Assembly (NCBI GenBank): GCA_964541635.1
Contig: CAZIQM010000001.1
Coordinates: 5,852 to 69,851, forward strand
Direction: 5' to 3'
Length of the DNA stretch: 64,000 bases
Origin: an uncultured Candidatus Peribacteria bacterium
GTDB taxonomy: Bacteria > Patescibacteriota > Gracilibacteria > Peribacterales > Peribacteraceae
This document shows positions 35,001 through 42,442 of the stretch, piece by piece. The position numbers and the translations under genes were made by a program. Under the pieces are notes generated by a model. The model saw only the letters and a program-made list of their open reading frames with translations. It ran no database searches and was not told the DNA's origin. Every line of letters starts with the position of its first letter. The first letter of the stretch is position 1.

Positions 35001-37824
35001 CAGCAAACAGGATAACGATGAATTCAACGCCCCGTTGCCCGCCTGCCAGGACGGCATCGACAACGACGGCGACGGACGCGTCGACCTCCAGGATCCGGGC
35101 TGCAGCGGCCCCACTGACACGAACGAAGGCGACGAAGCGCAGTGCCAGGACCTCCGCGACAACGACGGGGACGGCCTGACGGACTTCCCCTTCGATCCGG
35201 GCTGCGCGAGCCCCTCGGATAACGACGAATTCAACCAGACCCAAACGGTGGACGTGCAGATCACGAAGACCGGCCCGGCGAGCGTCGTCCGCGGCCAGAC
35301 CCTCGTCTACACGATCCAAGTCGGCAACGCCGGAAACGCGCAGGCCACGAACGTGACGGTCGTCGACCAGATCCCGGCCGGCGTCACCTTCAACGACAAC
35401 GCCAGCTACTTCCCCTGCCAGCAGCAGGGCAACCAGGTCTCGTGCCCCATCGGCACGCTGCCCGCGGGCGTGTTCGGCTCGTTCCAGATCTCCTTCGACG
35501 TCCCGACGGTCCCGAACTGCGTCCAAGGCCAGACGCAGCCCATCGTGAATACGGCGACGATCACCGCGACCGAAGACAGCGCGACGACGGGTAACAACGC
35601 GTCGTCGACGGCGAACGCCCCGGCGCGCGTCGATTGCCCCGCCTCGCCCCAGTGCTCCGACGGCATCGATAACGACGCCGACGGCGCCACGGACTTCCCG
35701 AACGACTTCAGCTGTTCCTCCCCGACCGACACCGACGAAACGAACCCGAAGGCGGCCTGCCAGGACGGCTTCGACAACGACTTCGATGGTCTCACAGACT
35801 TCCCGTTGGACCCCGGTTGCGCCAGCAAACAGGACAACGACGAAGCCAACGCCCCGGCCACGCAGTGCACCGACGGCATCGATAACGACGGCGACGGACG
35901 CATCGACACGCAGGACGCGGGCTGCGCCAACCCGACGGACAACAACGAAGGCGACGGCGCCGCCGACCTCGGCGTCACGCTGAACGGCCCGTCGACGGTG
36001 CAGGGCGGCACGAACGCCACGTACATCGCGACGATCTCGAACAACGGCCCCGACGCCGTCACCACGCCCGCCACGATCCGCATCGCGATCCCGAACGGCG
36101 TCACCTTCAACCCGAACTCCTCCAGCCCCGGCTGCGTCCAGAACGGCAACGCGGTGGTCTGCTCGGGCATCACGCTCGGCACGACCTTCCCGAACAACCA
36201 GACGCAACGCACGATCTCGTTCTCGGTCCCGGGAAACCAACTCGGTTCCCGCGGCACGAACCTGATCGACATCGCGTTCGGCGTCGAGACGGCGCAGGCG
36301 CAGGCGGTGGGCGTGTGCAACACGACGATCGTCGTGACGGTGACGATCCCGCAGAACGCCAACCCCGATCCGAACCAGACGAACAACACGGCCACGGTCT
36401 CGACGTTCGTGTCCTGCCAGCAGTTCCAGTGCAGCGACGGCATCGACAACGACGGCGACGGACGCACGGACTTCCCGAGCGATCCGGGCTGCACCTCGGC
36501 CCAGGACAACAACGAAGGCGACGAAGCCGCGTGCCAGGACCGCCGCGACAACGACGGCGACGGCCTCGTGGACTGGCCGCTCGATCCGGGCTGCGTGAGC
36601 CCGACGGACACCGACGAATTCAACGCCCCGTTGCCCGCCTGCAGCGACGGCCAGGACAACGACCATGACGGCCGCATCGACATGCTCGATCCGGGCTGCA
36701 GCAACCCGCAGGACACCAACGAAGGCGACGATCCCGCCTGCAGCGACCGCATCGACAACGACAACGACGGCTTGGTCGACTGGCCGCTCGATCCGGGCTG
36801 CGTCGGCCCGACCGACACGGACGAAACCAACGCCCTGCCCCAGTGCAGCGACGGCCTCGACAACGACTTCGACGGCAAGGTCGACATGCTCGATCCGGGC
36901 TGCAGCAGCCCGCAGGACAACAACGAAGGCGATGATCCGGTCCAATCCGGCTGCGTCGAGATCACGAAGCAGACGTTCGACCCGCACGGCACGGCGCTCC
37001 CGGTGACCGCGCAGTTCACGTTCATCCTCGACGCCACCCGCGTCGCCTACAACGATTCCACGGGCCGCGCGCGCTTCGATAACGTCCTCGCCGGCACCCA
37101 CACGGTCGCCGAAATCATCCCGTCCGGTTGGACGCAGCTGTCGATCACGCCGGCCAACGGCCTCGTGACGGTCGCCCCCGGCCAGACCTGCGCCCAGATC
37201 ACCTTCCGCAACCGCCAGGTGTTCGTCGCCAACGCGCAGTGCAACGACGGCTACGACAACGACGGCGACGGATTGGTCGACTACCCGCAGGACACGGGCT
37301 GCTCCAGCGCCACGGACAACGACGAGTACAACAGCACGTTCGTGCCGCAGTGCCGCGACGGCATCGACAACGACGGCGACGGGCTGAGCGACTACCCGCT
37401 GGACCCGGGCTGCGCGAACCAGGACGACAACAACGAGCAGAACCAATCGGTGACGCCCGCCTGTTCCGACAACCTGGATAACGACGGCGACGGCCTGAAG
37501 GACTACCCGGCCGATCCGGGCTGCGCCAACGCGCTCGACACCGACGAAACGAACGCCGCCGGCTCCTACGCCTGCAACGACAACGTCGACAACGACGGCG
37601 ACGGCGTGAAGGACTTCCCGCAGGATCCGGGCTGCTCCAGCGCCACGGACAACGACGAGTTCAACTTCCGCGTCCCGCGCTGCTCCGACGGCATCGATAA
37701 CGACGGCGACGGATTGAAGGACTATCCCCAGGACACCGGCTGCACCACGCCGTACGACGACAACGAGTACAACGACCGCCTGTGGCTCGACCGCTGGCGC
37801 GAGTGGTGGAACTGGAACTGGTAA
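32014..37824 (+). CDS. giant secreted protein (1936 aa) with 24 Cys-bracketed DNDGDG (Ca-binding-like) modules, DUF11 repeats, an NBR1-FW-like Ig domain, one SpaA-like domain and a Trp-rich C-terminus
   Basis: Signal peptide. C.DG.DND.DG..D(F/Y/W)P.DPGC....D.(D/N)E occurs 24 times. There are 4-5 KTGP/NNG DUF11 units. Ends in ...DRLWLDRWREWWNWNW*. Confidence 0.9.
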   Translation: MVRSTLQKRTASALLLTTIAVQLHVSGALSALQNTPVFRPFIGVPAAEAQTTGFYDEGAMPKYGKTWIASITCRDSNGATTTIGGTGNPEVVKNAVRQAIANRGLGLTPPNNPIVRTDGGTGAGFNWNDNSGTPALNDLNAVCQILGYPTYISSTCRDEERSGIYPNGKCNFHSPEDNQLSRLSGTFTTSACSDGVDNDGDGRVDFPSDPGCVNAQDTDEADPTNNARCLSIITPNVINVGQQFQATVTMQNNGGTTWSTSNYKLSSENPMDNLTWGINRVDLPQNTAVNGSATFTFTATAPSTQGTYNFDFGMVQTNLGHFGEICRKSLTLTPVQCPSSTVNATFEGNQGPWEDVAPNGDAKAPTFVGNVQPGTVMKVNSVNGTYSARIYGGVDQLPVSCDNGTLSFTGNSNSTISSIKLNAIGSNGVTVPNGATRAFVSHDEPGSFNYFDNSGNRDHRAPCQVNFGIVPTSCQQPQCRDGLDNDGDGLTDFPADPGCINQDDNDESPRNIGNLDVEKVLDGQIVPGQTAQYTITVRNNGNVAAQNVNVYDYFLDDQDLKYVPFTYVSSAGVNCSYQSGLQQVSCPVGTVAAGSTVTITLRFNVPQTQSCNTQVKNRVDAWINGQQAGADTDDVSSGVQCPFQCSDGRDNDGDGLTDFPQDPGCVNAQDNDEFNAPQCQDGIDNDQDGVTDYPNDFSCSSPTDNDETNPKAACQDGLDNDNDGRVDFPQDVGCVNNQDNDETDPYTFLYVYKTGPVDATRGSNIPYTINVRNNGASIAQNVVVQDIFPTGLSFVAAQSTAGCTAGPNTITCNVGAIQPGQDKELTLVFTATTTVACEGIVQNRAQATASNVQGTSVGNQWSTTIHCTAQCQDGIDNDGDGATDYPNDFSCSSPTDTDETNPKAACQDGVDNDGDGLTDFPQDPGCVSKQDNDESNASQCNDGIDNDGDGATDYPNDFSCSSPTDTDETNPKAACQDGFDNDFDGKVDFPQDPGCASKQDNDEFNAPLPACQDGIDNDGDGRVDLQDPGCSGPTDTNEGDEAQCQDLRDNDGDGLTDFPFDPGCASPSDNDEFNQTQTVDVQITKTGPASVVRGQTLVYTIQVGNAGNAQATNVTVVDQIPAGVTFNDNASYFPCQQQGNQVSCPIGTLPAGVFGSFQISFDVPTVPNCVQGQTQPIVNTATITATEDSATTGNNASSTANAPARVDCPASPQCSDGIDNDADGATDFPNDFSCSSPTDTDETNPKAACQDGFDNDFDGLTDFPLDPGCASKQDNDEANAPATQCTDGIDNDGDGRIDTQDAGCANPTDNNEGDGAADLGVTLNGPSTVQGGTNATYIATISNNGPDAVTTPATIRIAIPNGVTFNPNSSSPGCVQNGNAVVCSGITLGTTFPNNQTQRTISFSVPGNQLGSRGTNLIDIAFGVETAQAQAVGVCNTTIVVTVTIPQNANPDPNQTNNTATVSTFVSCQQFQCSDGIDNDGDGRTDFPSDPGCTSAQDNNEGDEAACQDRRDNDGDGLVDWPLDPGCVSPTDTDEFNAPLPACSDGQDNDHDGRIDMLDPGCSNPQDTNEGDDPACSDRIDNDNDGLVDWPLDPGCVGPTDTDETNALPQCSDGLDNDFDGKVDMLDPGCSSPQDNNEGDDPVQSGCVEITKQTFDPHGTALPVTAQFTFILDATRVAYNDSTGRARFDNVLAGTHTVAEIIPSGWTQLSITPANGLVTVAPGQTCAQITFRNRQVFVANAQCNDGYDNDGDGLVDYPQDTGCSSATDNDEYNSTFVPQCRDGIDNDGDGLSDYPLDPGCANQDDNNEQNQSVTPACSDNLDNDGDGLKDYPADPGCANALDTDETNAAGSYACNDNVDNDGDGVKDFPQDPGCSSATDNDEFNFRVPRCSDGIDNDGDGLKDYPQDTGCTTPYDDNEYNDRLWLDRWREWWNWNW

Positions 37825-37843
37825 ATCCGCCGATACTCACGAC

Positions 37844-37868
37844 GAGGGGGCCGAAAGGCCCTCTTTTC
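37844..37868 (+). terminator. intrinsic terminator of giant gene 2
   Basis: GAGGGGGCC-gaaa-GGCCCTC-TTTTCG. Confidence 0.75.
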
Positions 37869-37871
37869 GTA

Positions 37872-38417
37872 TCAGAGCTCCACCACGAACTCCTTCACGA
37901 TCTCGGGCACGACGGCGTAGAGCCCGTCCATGCCTTTGCGTTCTTCCTCGGAAAACGCGCTCACGACCCAGTTGGCCAGATCGACCTTCTCGGGCTTCGG
38001 GCCGATGCCCAGGCGCAAGCGCGGGAATCCTTCGCCGACGTGTTCGATGATCGACTTCAGTCCGTTGTGCGTGCCGGCGCTGCCGGACTTCCGCAGGCGC
38101 GGCGTGCCGAGCGGCAGGTCGATGTCGTCGCAGACGACGAGCACGTTCTGCGCGGGATCGAGCTTGTAGAAATCGACGACCTTGCGGACCGCCTCGCCCG
38201 AGAGGTTCATGAACGTGTGGGGCTTGAGGAGCAGCACGGGCACGATGCCGATGCGCGCTTCGAGCGTCTCCCCGCCGAACTTCGGCGCCTGTTTCCAGTC
38301 GCCTGTGCCGTAGTGCTTGGCGAGTTCGTCGAGCGCGTGGAAGCCCGCGTTGTGCCGGGTCTTCTCGTACGCTTTGCCGGGATTCCCGAGGCCGACGATG
38401 ACGAGGGAGGGCTTCAT
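37872..38417 (-). CDS. pth: peptidyl-tRNA hydrolase
   Basis: LVIVGLGNPGKAYEKTRHNAGF...DDIDLPLG...GTHNGLKS. Confidence 0.93.
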   Translation of the reverse strand: MKPSLVIVGLGNPGKAYEKTRHNAGFHALDELAKHYGTGDWKQAPKFGGETLEARIGIVPVLLLKPHTFMNLSGEAVRKVVDFYKLDPAQNVLVVCDDIDLPLGTPRLRKSGSAGTHNGLKSIIEHVGEGFPRLRLGIGPKPEKVDLANWVVSAFSEEERKGMDGLYAVVPEIVKEFVVEL

Positions 38418-38812
38418 CGCGAGAGGTGTTTGATGGCGTGCTCGAGGACGCGCACCGCGCGGTCGATCTGCGCGGGGTTCGCGGACGCATCGTGCTCGTG
38501 CGCGAGGACATTGCGCAACTTATGCGCTTCCCACACCGCCTGGATGTTCGGGATGCGCGGACCGGCCTTCTTCAACTTGTCGCCGAGCGATCCCGCGAAC
38601 CCGAGTTCCGCGAGCGCGAGGTCGAGCACCGTGTCCATCGACCAGACACGCCGGACGGGGTCCTGTTGTGAAATGGCTTGCGCAAGCGCTTTTTCGACCT
38701 TCGCTTTCGACGCCCCCGACATGCCGCGGCGACGCGTTTTCAGCACGACGCCGGCAAGGACGATCGCCGCCAGGAGCGCGAGGACGCCGACGGAGATCCA
38801 CATCCCCGTCAT
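38414..38812 (-). CDS. membrane-anchored DUF4145/HEPN-like protein (132 aa)
   Basis: N-terminal TM helix. The C-terminal WEAHKLRNVLAHEHD carries an R-x4-H motif in a DUF4145-like context. 4-nt overlaps with both neighbours. Confidence 0.6.
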   Translation of the reverse strand: MTGMWISVGVLALLAAIVLAGVVLKTRRRGMSGASKAKVEKALAQAISQQDPVRRVWSMDTVLDLALAELGFAGSLGDKLKKAGPRIPNIQAVWEAHKLRNVLAHEHDASANPAQIDRAVRVLEHAIKHLSR

Positions 38813-39411
38813 TCGTCGTCTTCGTCGGAAGCGATGCCCAATTCCTTCATGTTCATCTGGTTGGCGAGGAGCGACGAGAGCATCTTCTGCACCTCCTTGC
38901 CGTCGCGCAGGTTTTTCTTATGCAGGTACTTCTCCTGGTTCGCGAGGAGCAGCGACTCGATTTTCTTCGGGCGCTTCACCGACTCGAGCGACACGCTGTC
39001 GCCCGTCGAGATTTTTTCCACGGAGATCACGCCGACTTGCAGGAGCGTGCCGATCACGCCCTTGATCTCGTAACTCACGCCCTGGATGTCGCTGTAGAGG
39101 ATGCGCGCCGATTCGCGGTGGAACCATCCGTGCCACGCGACGTCGATGATCCCTTCGTTCGTGATGATCCACGCGTCGAGGAAGTAATCGAAGAAGCTGC
39201 GCAGCCACCACACGGCGACCACGGCGCCGAACACGCCGCAGAGGATGAACATCGCGCGCGTCGGGAAGCCGACCGCGAGCAATGCATCGAAGGCGATCCA
39301 CGCTGTGGGCCACAGGAGCGCCCTCACGCCGAGCAACCAGTGCTTGTGCACCACGCGGACGAGCGTCTCGTCGTCGTCGAGATGCTTCGTGAAGAGCATT
39401 TTCTGCAGCAT
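38809..39411 (-). CDS. bacterial PH-domain (bPH_2, YdbS/YdbT-like) membrane protein
   Basis: Two TM helices, then ITNEGIIDV...ILYSDIQGVSYEIKG...ISVEK, a pattern typical of DUF304. Confidence 0.7.
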   Translation of the reverse strand: MLQKMLFTKHLDDDETLVRVVHKHWLLGVRALLWPTAWIAFDALLAVGFPTRAMFILCGVFGAVVAVWWLRSFFDYFLDAWIITNEGIIDVAWHGWFHRESARILYSDIQGVSYEIKGVIGTLLQVGVISVEKISTGDSVSLESVKRPKKIESLLLANQEKYLHKKNLRDGKEVQKMLSSLLANQMNMKELGIASDEDDE

Positions 39412-39493
39412 CAGGCCGATTGTACCCGCGCGGGGCCGCGCGAAACAGGCCGATCCGCTGTACAGCCGGAGGCCGCGCTCCTACCATGCGGAC

Positions 39494-40144
39494 ATGGCGC
39501 ACGCGCCCGCACAACGAGGGTTTTGGTTCCACGTTCTCGACGTCGTGTTCAACATCGCCGTGATCGTGGCGATCGTCACCGCGATCCGCACGTTCCTCGT
39601 GTCGCCGTTCAAAGTGGAAGGCAGTTCGATGGTCAGCACGCTCGAGGACCACGAGTACATCGTCATCAACAAACTCGCGTACATCCTGGGAGACCCCAAG
39701 CGCGGCGACATCGTGGTGTTCCGTCCGCCGAGCGAGCCCAGCAAGTACTACGTCAAGCGCGTCATCGGCGTGCCCGGCGACACCGTCGACATCCGCGGCG
39801 GCAACGTCTACGTCCGCCCGGACGGCGAGGAATCGGAAGCCGAGCTGGCGGAACCCTACCTGGACGAAAACAACCAAGGCGCGACCTACCGCCATCCGCC
39901 GAACAGCGGCGACCGGACGCCGACGGTCTACAAAGTGCCGGACAACGAATACTTCCTCCTCGGCGACAACCGCCAAGGCAGCCACGATTCGCGCAGTTTC
40001 CGCGTCGACGGCAAGGAAGCCCCTTTCGTTCCGGACCAGGACATCAAGGGACGGGTCTGGTTCGTGGTGCTGCCGATCACGAAAGTGCACGCGTTTTCCG
40101 CCCCCGATTACGACCTCGAGGGGGCCGGAGACGCCCAGGAATAA
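39494..40144 (+). CDS. lepB: signal peptidase I
   Basis: TM anchor, catalytic VEGSSMVSTL, KRGDIVVF, YVKRVIGVPGD and LLGDNRQGSHDSR. Confidence 0.9.
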   Translation: MAHAPAQRGFWFHVLDVVFNIAVIVAIVTAIRTFLVSPFKVEGSSMVSTLEDHEYIVINKLAYILGDPKRGDIVVFRPPSEPSKYYVKRVIGVPGDTVDIRGGNVYVRPDGEESEAELAEPYLDENNQGATYRHPPNSGDRTPTVYKVPDNEYFLLGDNRQGSHDSRSFRVDGKEAPFVPDQDIKGRVWFVVLPITKVHAFSAPDYDLEGAGDAQE

Positions 40145-40146
40145 GC

Positions 40147-40174
40147 TTGCAAACGCCTTCAGATAGCCTATAAT
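40147..40174 (+). promoter_or_regulatory. candidate promoter upstream of secE-nusG
   Basis: TTGCAA-N16-TATAAT. Confidence 0.5.
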
Positions 40175-40181
40175 GGCTTCG

Positions 40182-40200
40182 AGCCCCGAAGGGCTTTTTT
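40182..40200 (+). terminator. short hairpin plus U tract (lepB terminator or secE leader attenuator)
   Basis: AGCCC-cgaa-GGGCT-TTTTT, starting about 8 nt after the TATAAT box. Confidence 0.55.
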
Positions 40201-40213
40201 ACGAAGCACGCCT

Positions 40214-40405
40214 ATGCAGCCGATCATCACCTTCGTCCAAGATTCCATCGTCGAACTCCGCCAGGTCCGCTGGCCCACGCGCCAACAGGCCGTGCGTCTG
40301 TCGGGCATCGTGATCGCCTTCACGCTCGCGTGCACCGTGGTGTTCGGCGCCCTCGATTTCGGCCTGTCCGAACTCCTGCGGTATCTCTTGTCGTTCGCCG
40401 CGTAA
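40214..40405 (+). CDS. secE: preprotein translocase subunit SecE
   Basis: 63 aa, with ELRQVRWPTRQQ and a single TM helix. It lies immediately upstream of nusG. Confidence 0.88.
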   Translation: MQPIITFVQDSIVELRQVRWPTRQQAVRLSGIVIAFTLACTVVFGALDFGLSELLRYLLSFAA

Positions 40406-40427
40406 TCCCTTCCTTCCTCTTTTTCCC

Positions 40428-40973
40428 ATGGCAAAGCAGGACCCCAATGCAGGACGGAACTGGTACGTCGTTCACACCTACGCAGGGTACGAAGACGCTG
40501 TCGCCTCGGCGCTGAAACAGCGCATCGAGAGCTTCAACATGGGCGACTACATCTTCGACGTGCAGGTGCCGAAGGAGAAGCAGCTCGTCTTCAAGAAGGG
40601 CGATCCGGTCGAGGAAGAGCGCAAGCTGTTCCCGGGCTACGTGCTCGTGGACATGAAGGTCACCGACGAATCGTGGTACCTCGTGCGCAACACGCCGAAC
40701 GTCACGGGCTTCGTCGGCTCGGGCAACATCCCGGTGCCGGTCACGCCCGAGGAATTCGGCGTCATCCAGCGCCGCATCGGCGAACAGCAGGCGAAGTTCA
40801 AGAGCGACTTCCAGGTGGGCGACCTCGTCATCATCGTCGACGGTCCGTTCAAGAACTACGAAGGAACCGTGGACTCGGTCGACGTCGACAAGGGCAAGCT
40901 CACGGTGCTCGTGGTCATCTTCGACCGCGAAACGCCGGTCGAACTCGACTTCACGCAGGTGAAGAAGAAGTAA
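40428..40973 (+). CDS. nusG: transcription termination/antitermination factor NusG
   Basis: NWYVVHTYAGYE NGN domain and a KOW motif GDLVIIVDGPFKNYEGTV. Confidence 0.95.
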   Translation: MAKQDPNAGRNWYVVHTYAGYEDAVASALKQRIESFNMGDYIFDVQVPKEKQLVFKKGDPVEEERKLFPGYVLVDMKVTDESWYLVRNTPNVTGFVGSGNIPVPVTPEEFGVIQRRIGEQQAKFKSDFQVGDLVIIVDGPFKNYEGTVDSVDVDKGKLTVLVVIFDRETPVELDFTQVKKK

Positions 40974-40997
40974 GCCCGCGCATCCAACGCATCCGCA

Positions 40998-41022
40998 AAG
41001 ACCGGCCCCCGGCCGGTCTTTT
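40998..41022 (+). terminator. intrinsic terminator after nusG
   Basis: AAGACCGGCC-ccc-GGCCGGTCTT-TT. Confidence 0.75.
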
Positions 41023-42338
41023 CATGCCGGCCGCAGCGTCCGCCGCGTGGCGAACGGGAGCAACGCCGCGAGGCCCGCGAGGGATATCGCCTGCCCCAAG
41101 AGGAACCCGAGCGGGATCGCCTGCACGCCGATGTGCGGTGCCAGCGCCCACGCGACGACGATGGCGATCGCGCCGTTCACGACACTGAGCACGGCCGGCA
41201 ACGCCGTGACGTGCAGCGAATAGTAGGAACGCAACACGAGGTGGTTGAGGCTCTCGAACGGGATGCTGACCGCGTACACGAGGATCGCCGCGGAGAACGA
41301 CGCGTACACGCTATCGATGTGCACGAGCTTCGCCGCGATCGGGGTCGCCACGACGAGCGCGATCGCCGCGGGCACGGTGAGCGCGACGATCGTCGTCACG
41401 CCTTTGCGCACGTACAACACGAAGCGGTCTTTTTCGCCGCGGGCCGCCGCTTGCGACATGAGCGGGAACGCCGACTGCGCGAGCGCGATGCCGATGACGC
41501 CGACGACGAACGATTGGAAATTGCGCGCGTTGCTGTTCACGACGATCGATCCCGGCGACAGGCCCGACGCGATCGTGTCGAACAGCAGCAGCTGGAGTTG
41601 GAGCACGGCCAGCGCCGCCATGCGCGGCAGCATGAGAAGCCCCATCGTGGATAAATCGGGATCCCAGAAACGGAGCCTCGGCCTGTACCCCGACCACACG
41701 GCCCCCACTAGGCGGATGAGCACGTAGACGACGGCGCCGCCTAGCGTGCCGAGCATCGGACCGAGCGGTCCGTACGCGGGCGTCAGCCAGAGCGTGCCCA
41801 TGATCGTGCCCGCGGTGTAGAGCACGGGCGTAAGGCCGTAGAGCCAATATTTTTGGACGGTGACCAGGTATTGCCCGAGGCTGTTGCCGCACACGAAGAG
41901 GAAGTTCGTGAGCAGCGCGATGCGCCCGAATTGGATGTAGAGCTCCAGGGAGCGGCCGTCGAAATCGACGAGCGCGGGGGCCACGTACGGGAAGAGCAAC
42001 CCGAAGGCGAGCGCGAGAGCGCCGAACACCAGCGAACCGATGCTCATGACGCTCGAGAGCAAATCCGACGAATCCCCGCCCTTGGCGTGGGCGCGGGCCA
42101 GGAGCGGCACCAACACCGTCGCGATGCCCGACATCACCGTGAGCTGGAAGAGGAGGTCGCTGGGCCGGAAACTCGCGATGTAGGCGTCGACGACCGACAG
42201 GTCCCCCGAAAACGTCTGGTTAAGCAAGCGGTCGCGCAACAGCCCCGCCACCGACGCCGCAGCTTGCGTGACCGCGAGGACGGCCGCGCCGCCGAGGATC
42301 CGGTGTTGCCCGACGTGCGCTTTCAGGAAGGCGAACAT
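41022..42338 (-). CDS. murJ: lipid II flippase MurJ/MviN family
   Basis: About 12-14 TM helices. The N-terminus ...AAVLAVTQAAASVAGLLRDRLLNQTFS is typical of MurJ. Start taken at MFAFLK. Confidence 0.8.
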   Translation of the reverse strand: MFAFLKAHVGQHRILGGAAVLAVTQAAASVAGLLRDRLLNQTFSGDLSVVDAYIASFRPSDLLFQLTVMSGIATVLVPLLARAHAKGGDSSDLLSSVMSIGSLVFGALALAFGLLFPYVAPALVDFDGRSLELYIQFGRIALLTNFLFVCGNSLGQYLVTVQKYWLYGLTPVLYTAGTIMGTLWLTPAYGPLGPMLGTLGGAVVYVLIRLVGAVWSGYRPRLRFWDPDLSTMGLLMLPRMAALAVLQLQLLLFDTIASGLSPGSIVVNSNARNFQSFVVGVIGIALAQSAFPLMSQAAARGEKDRFVLYVRKGVTTIVALTVPAAIALVVATPIAAKLVHIDSVYASFSAAILVYAVSIPFESLNHLVLRSYYSLHVTALPAVLSVVNGAIAIVVAWALAPHIGVQAIPLGFLLGQAISLAGLAALLPFATRRTLRPA

Positions 42339-42442
42339 GGTTCCATGGTAGACGAACGCGATCAGGATGCGAAACGCCGACCCTGAACAGTCCCGCGGCG
42401 ACACCCCCCGGTGTAGAGTCGGGGCATCTTTCCCGCTCCACG

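Noticed and set aside
31981-37446. Minus-strand ORFs of 619 aa, 1111 aa and 543 aa opposite giant gene 2
   Set aside because: These are shadow ORFs of a highly repetitive GC-rich gene, with no start context and no motifs.
32500-37800. Regularly spaced ~100-bp DNA repeats that could superficially suggest a CRISPR array or satellite
   Set aside because: The repeats are in frame within a continuous ORF and encode the DNDGDG modules. The spacing is variable, and there is no repeat-spacer structure or leader.
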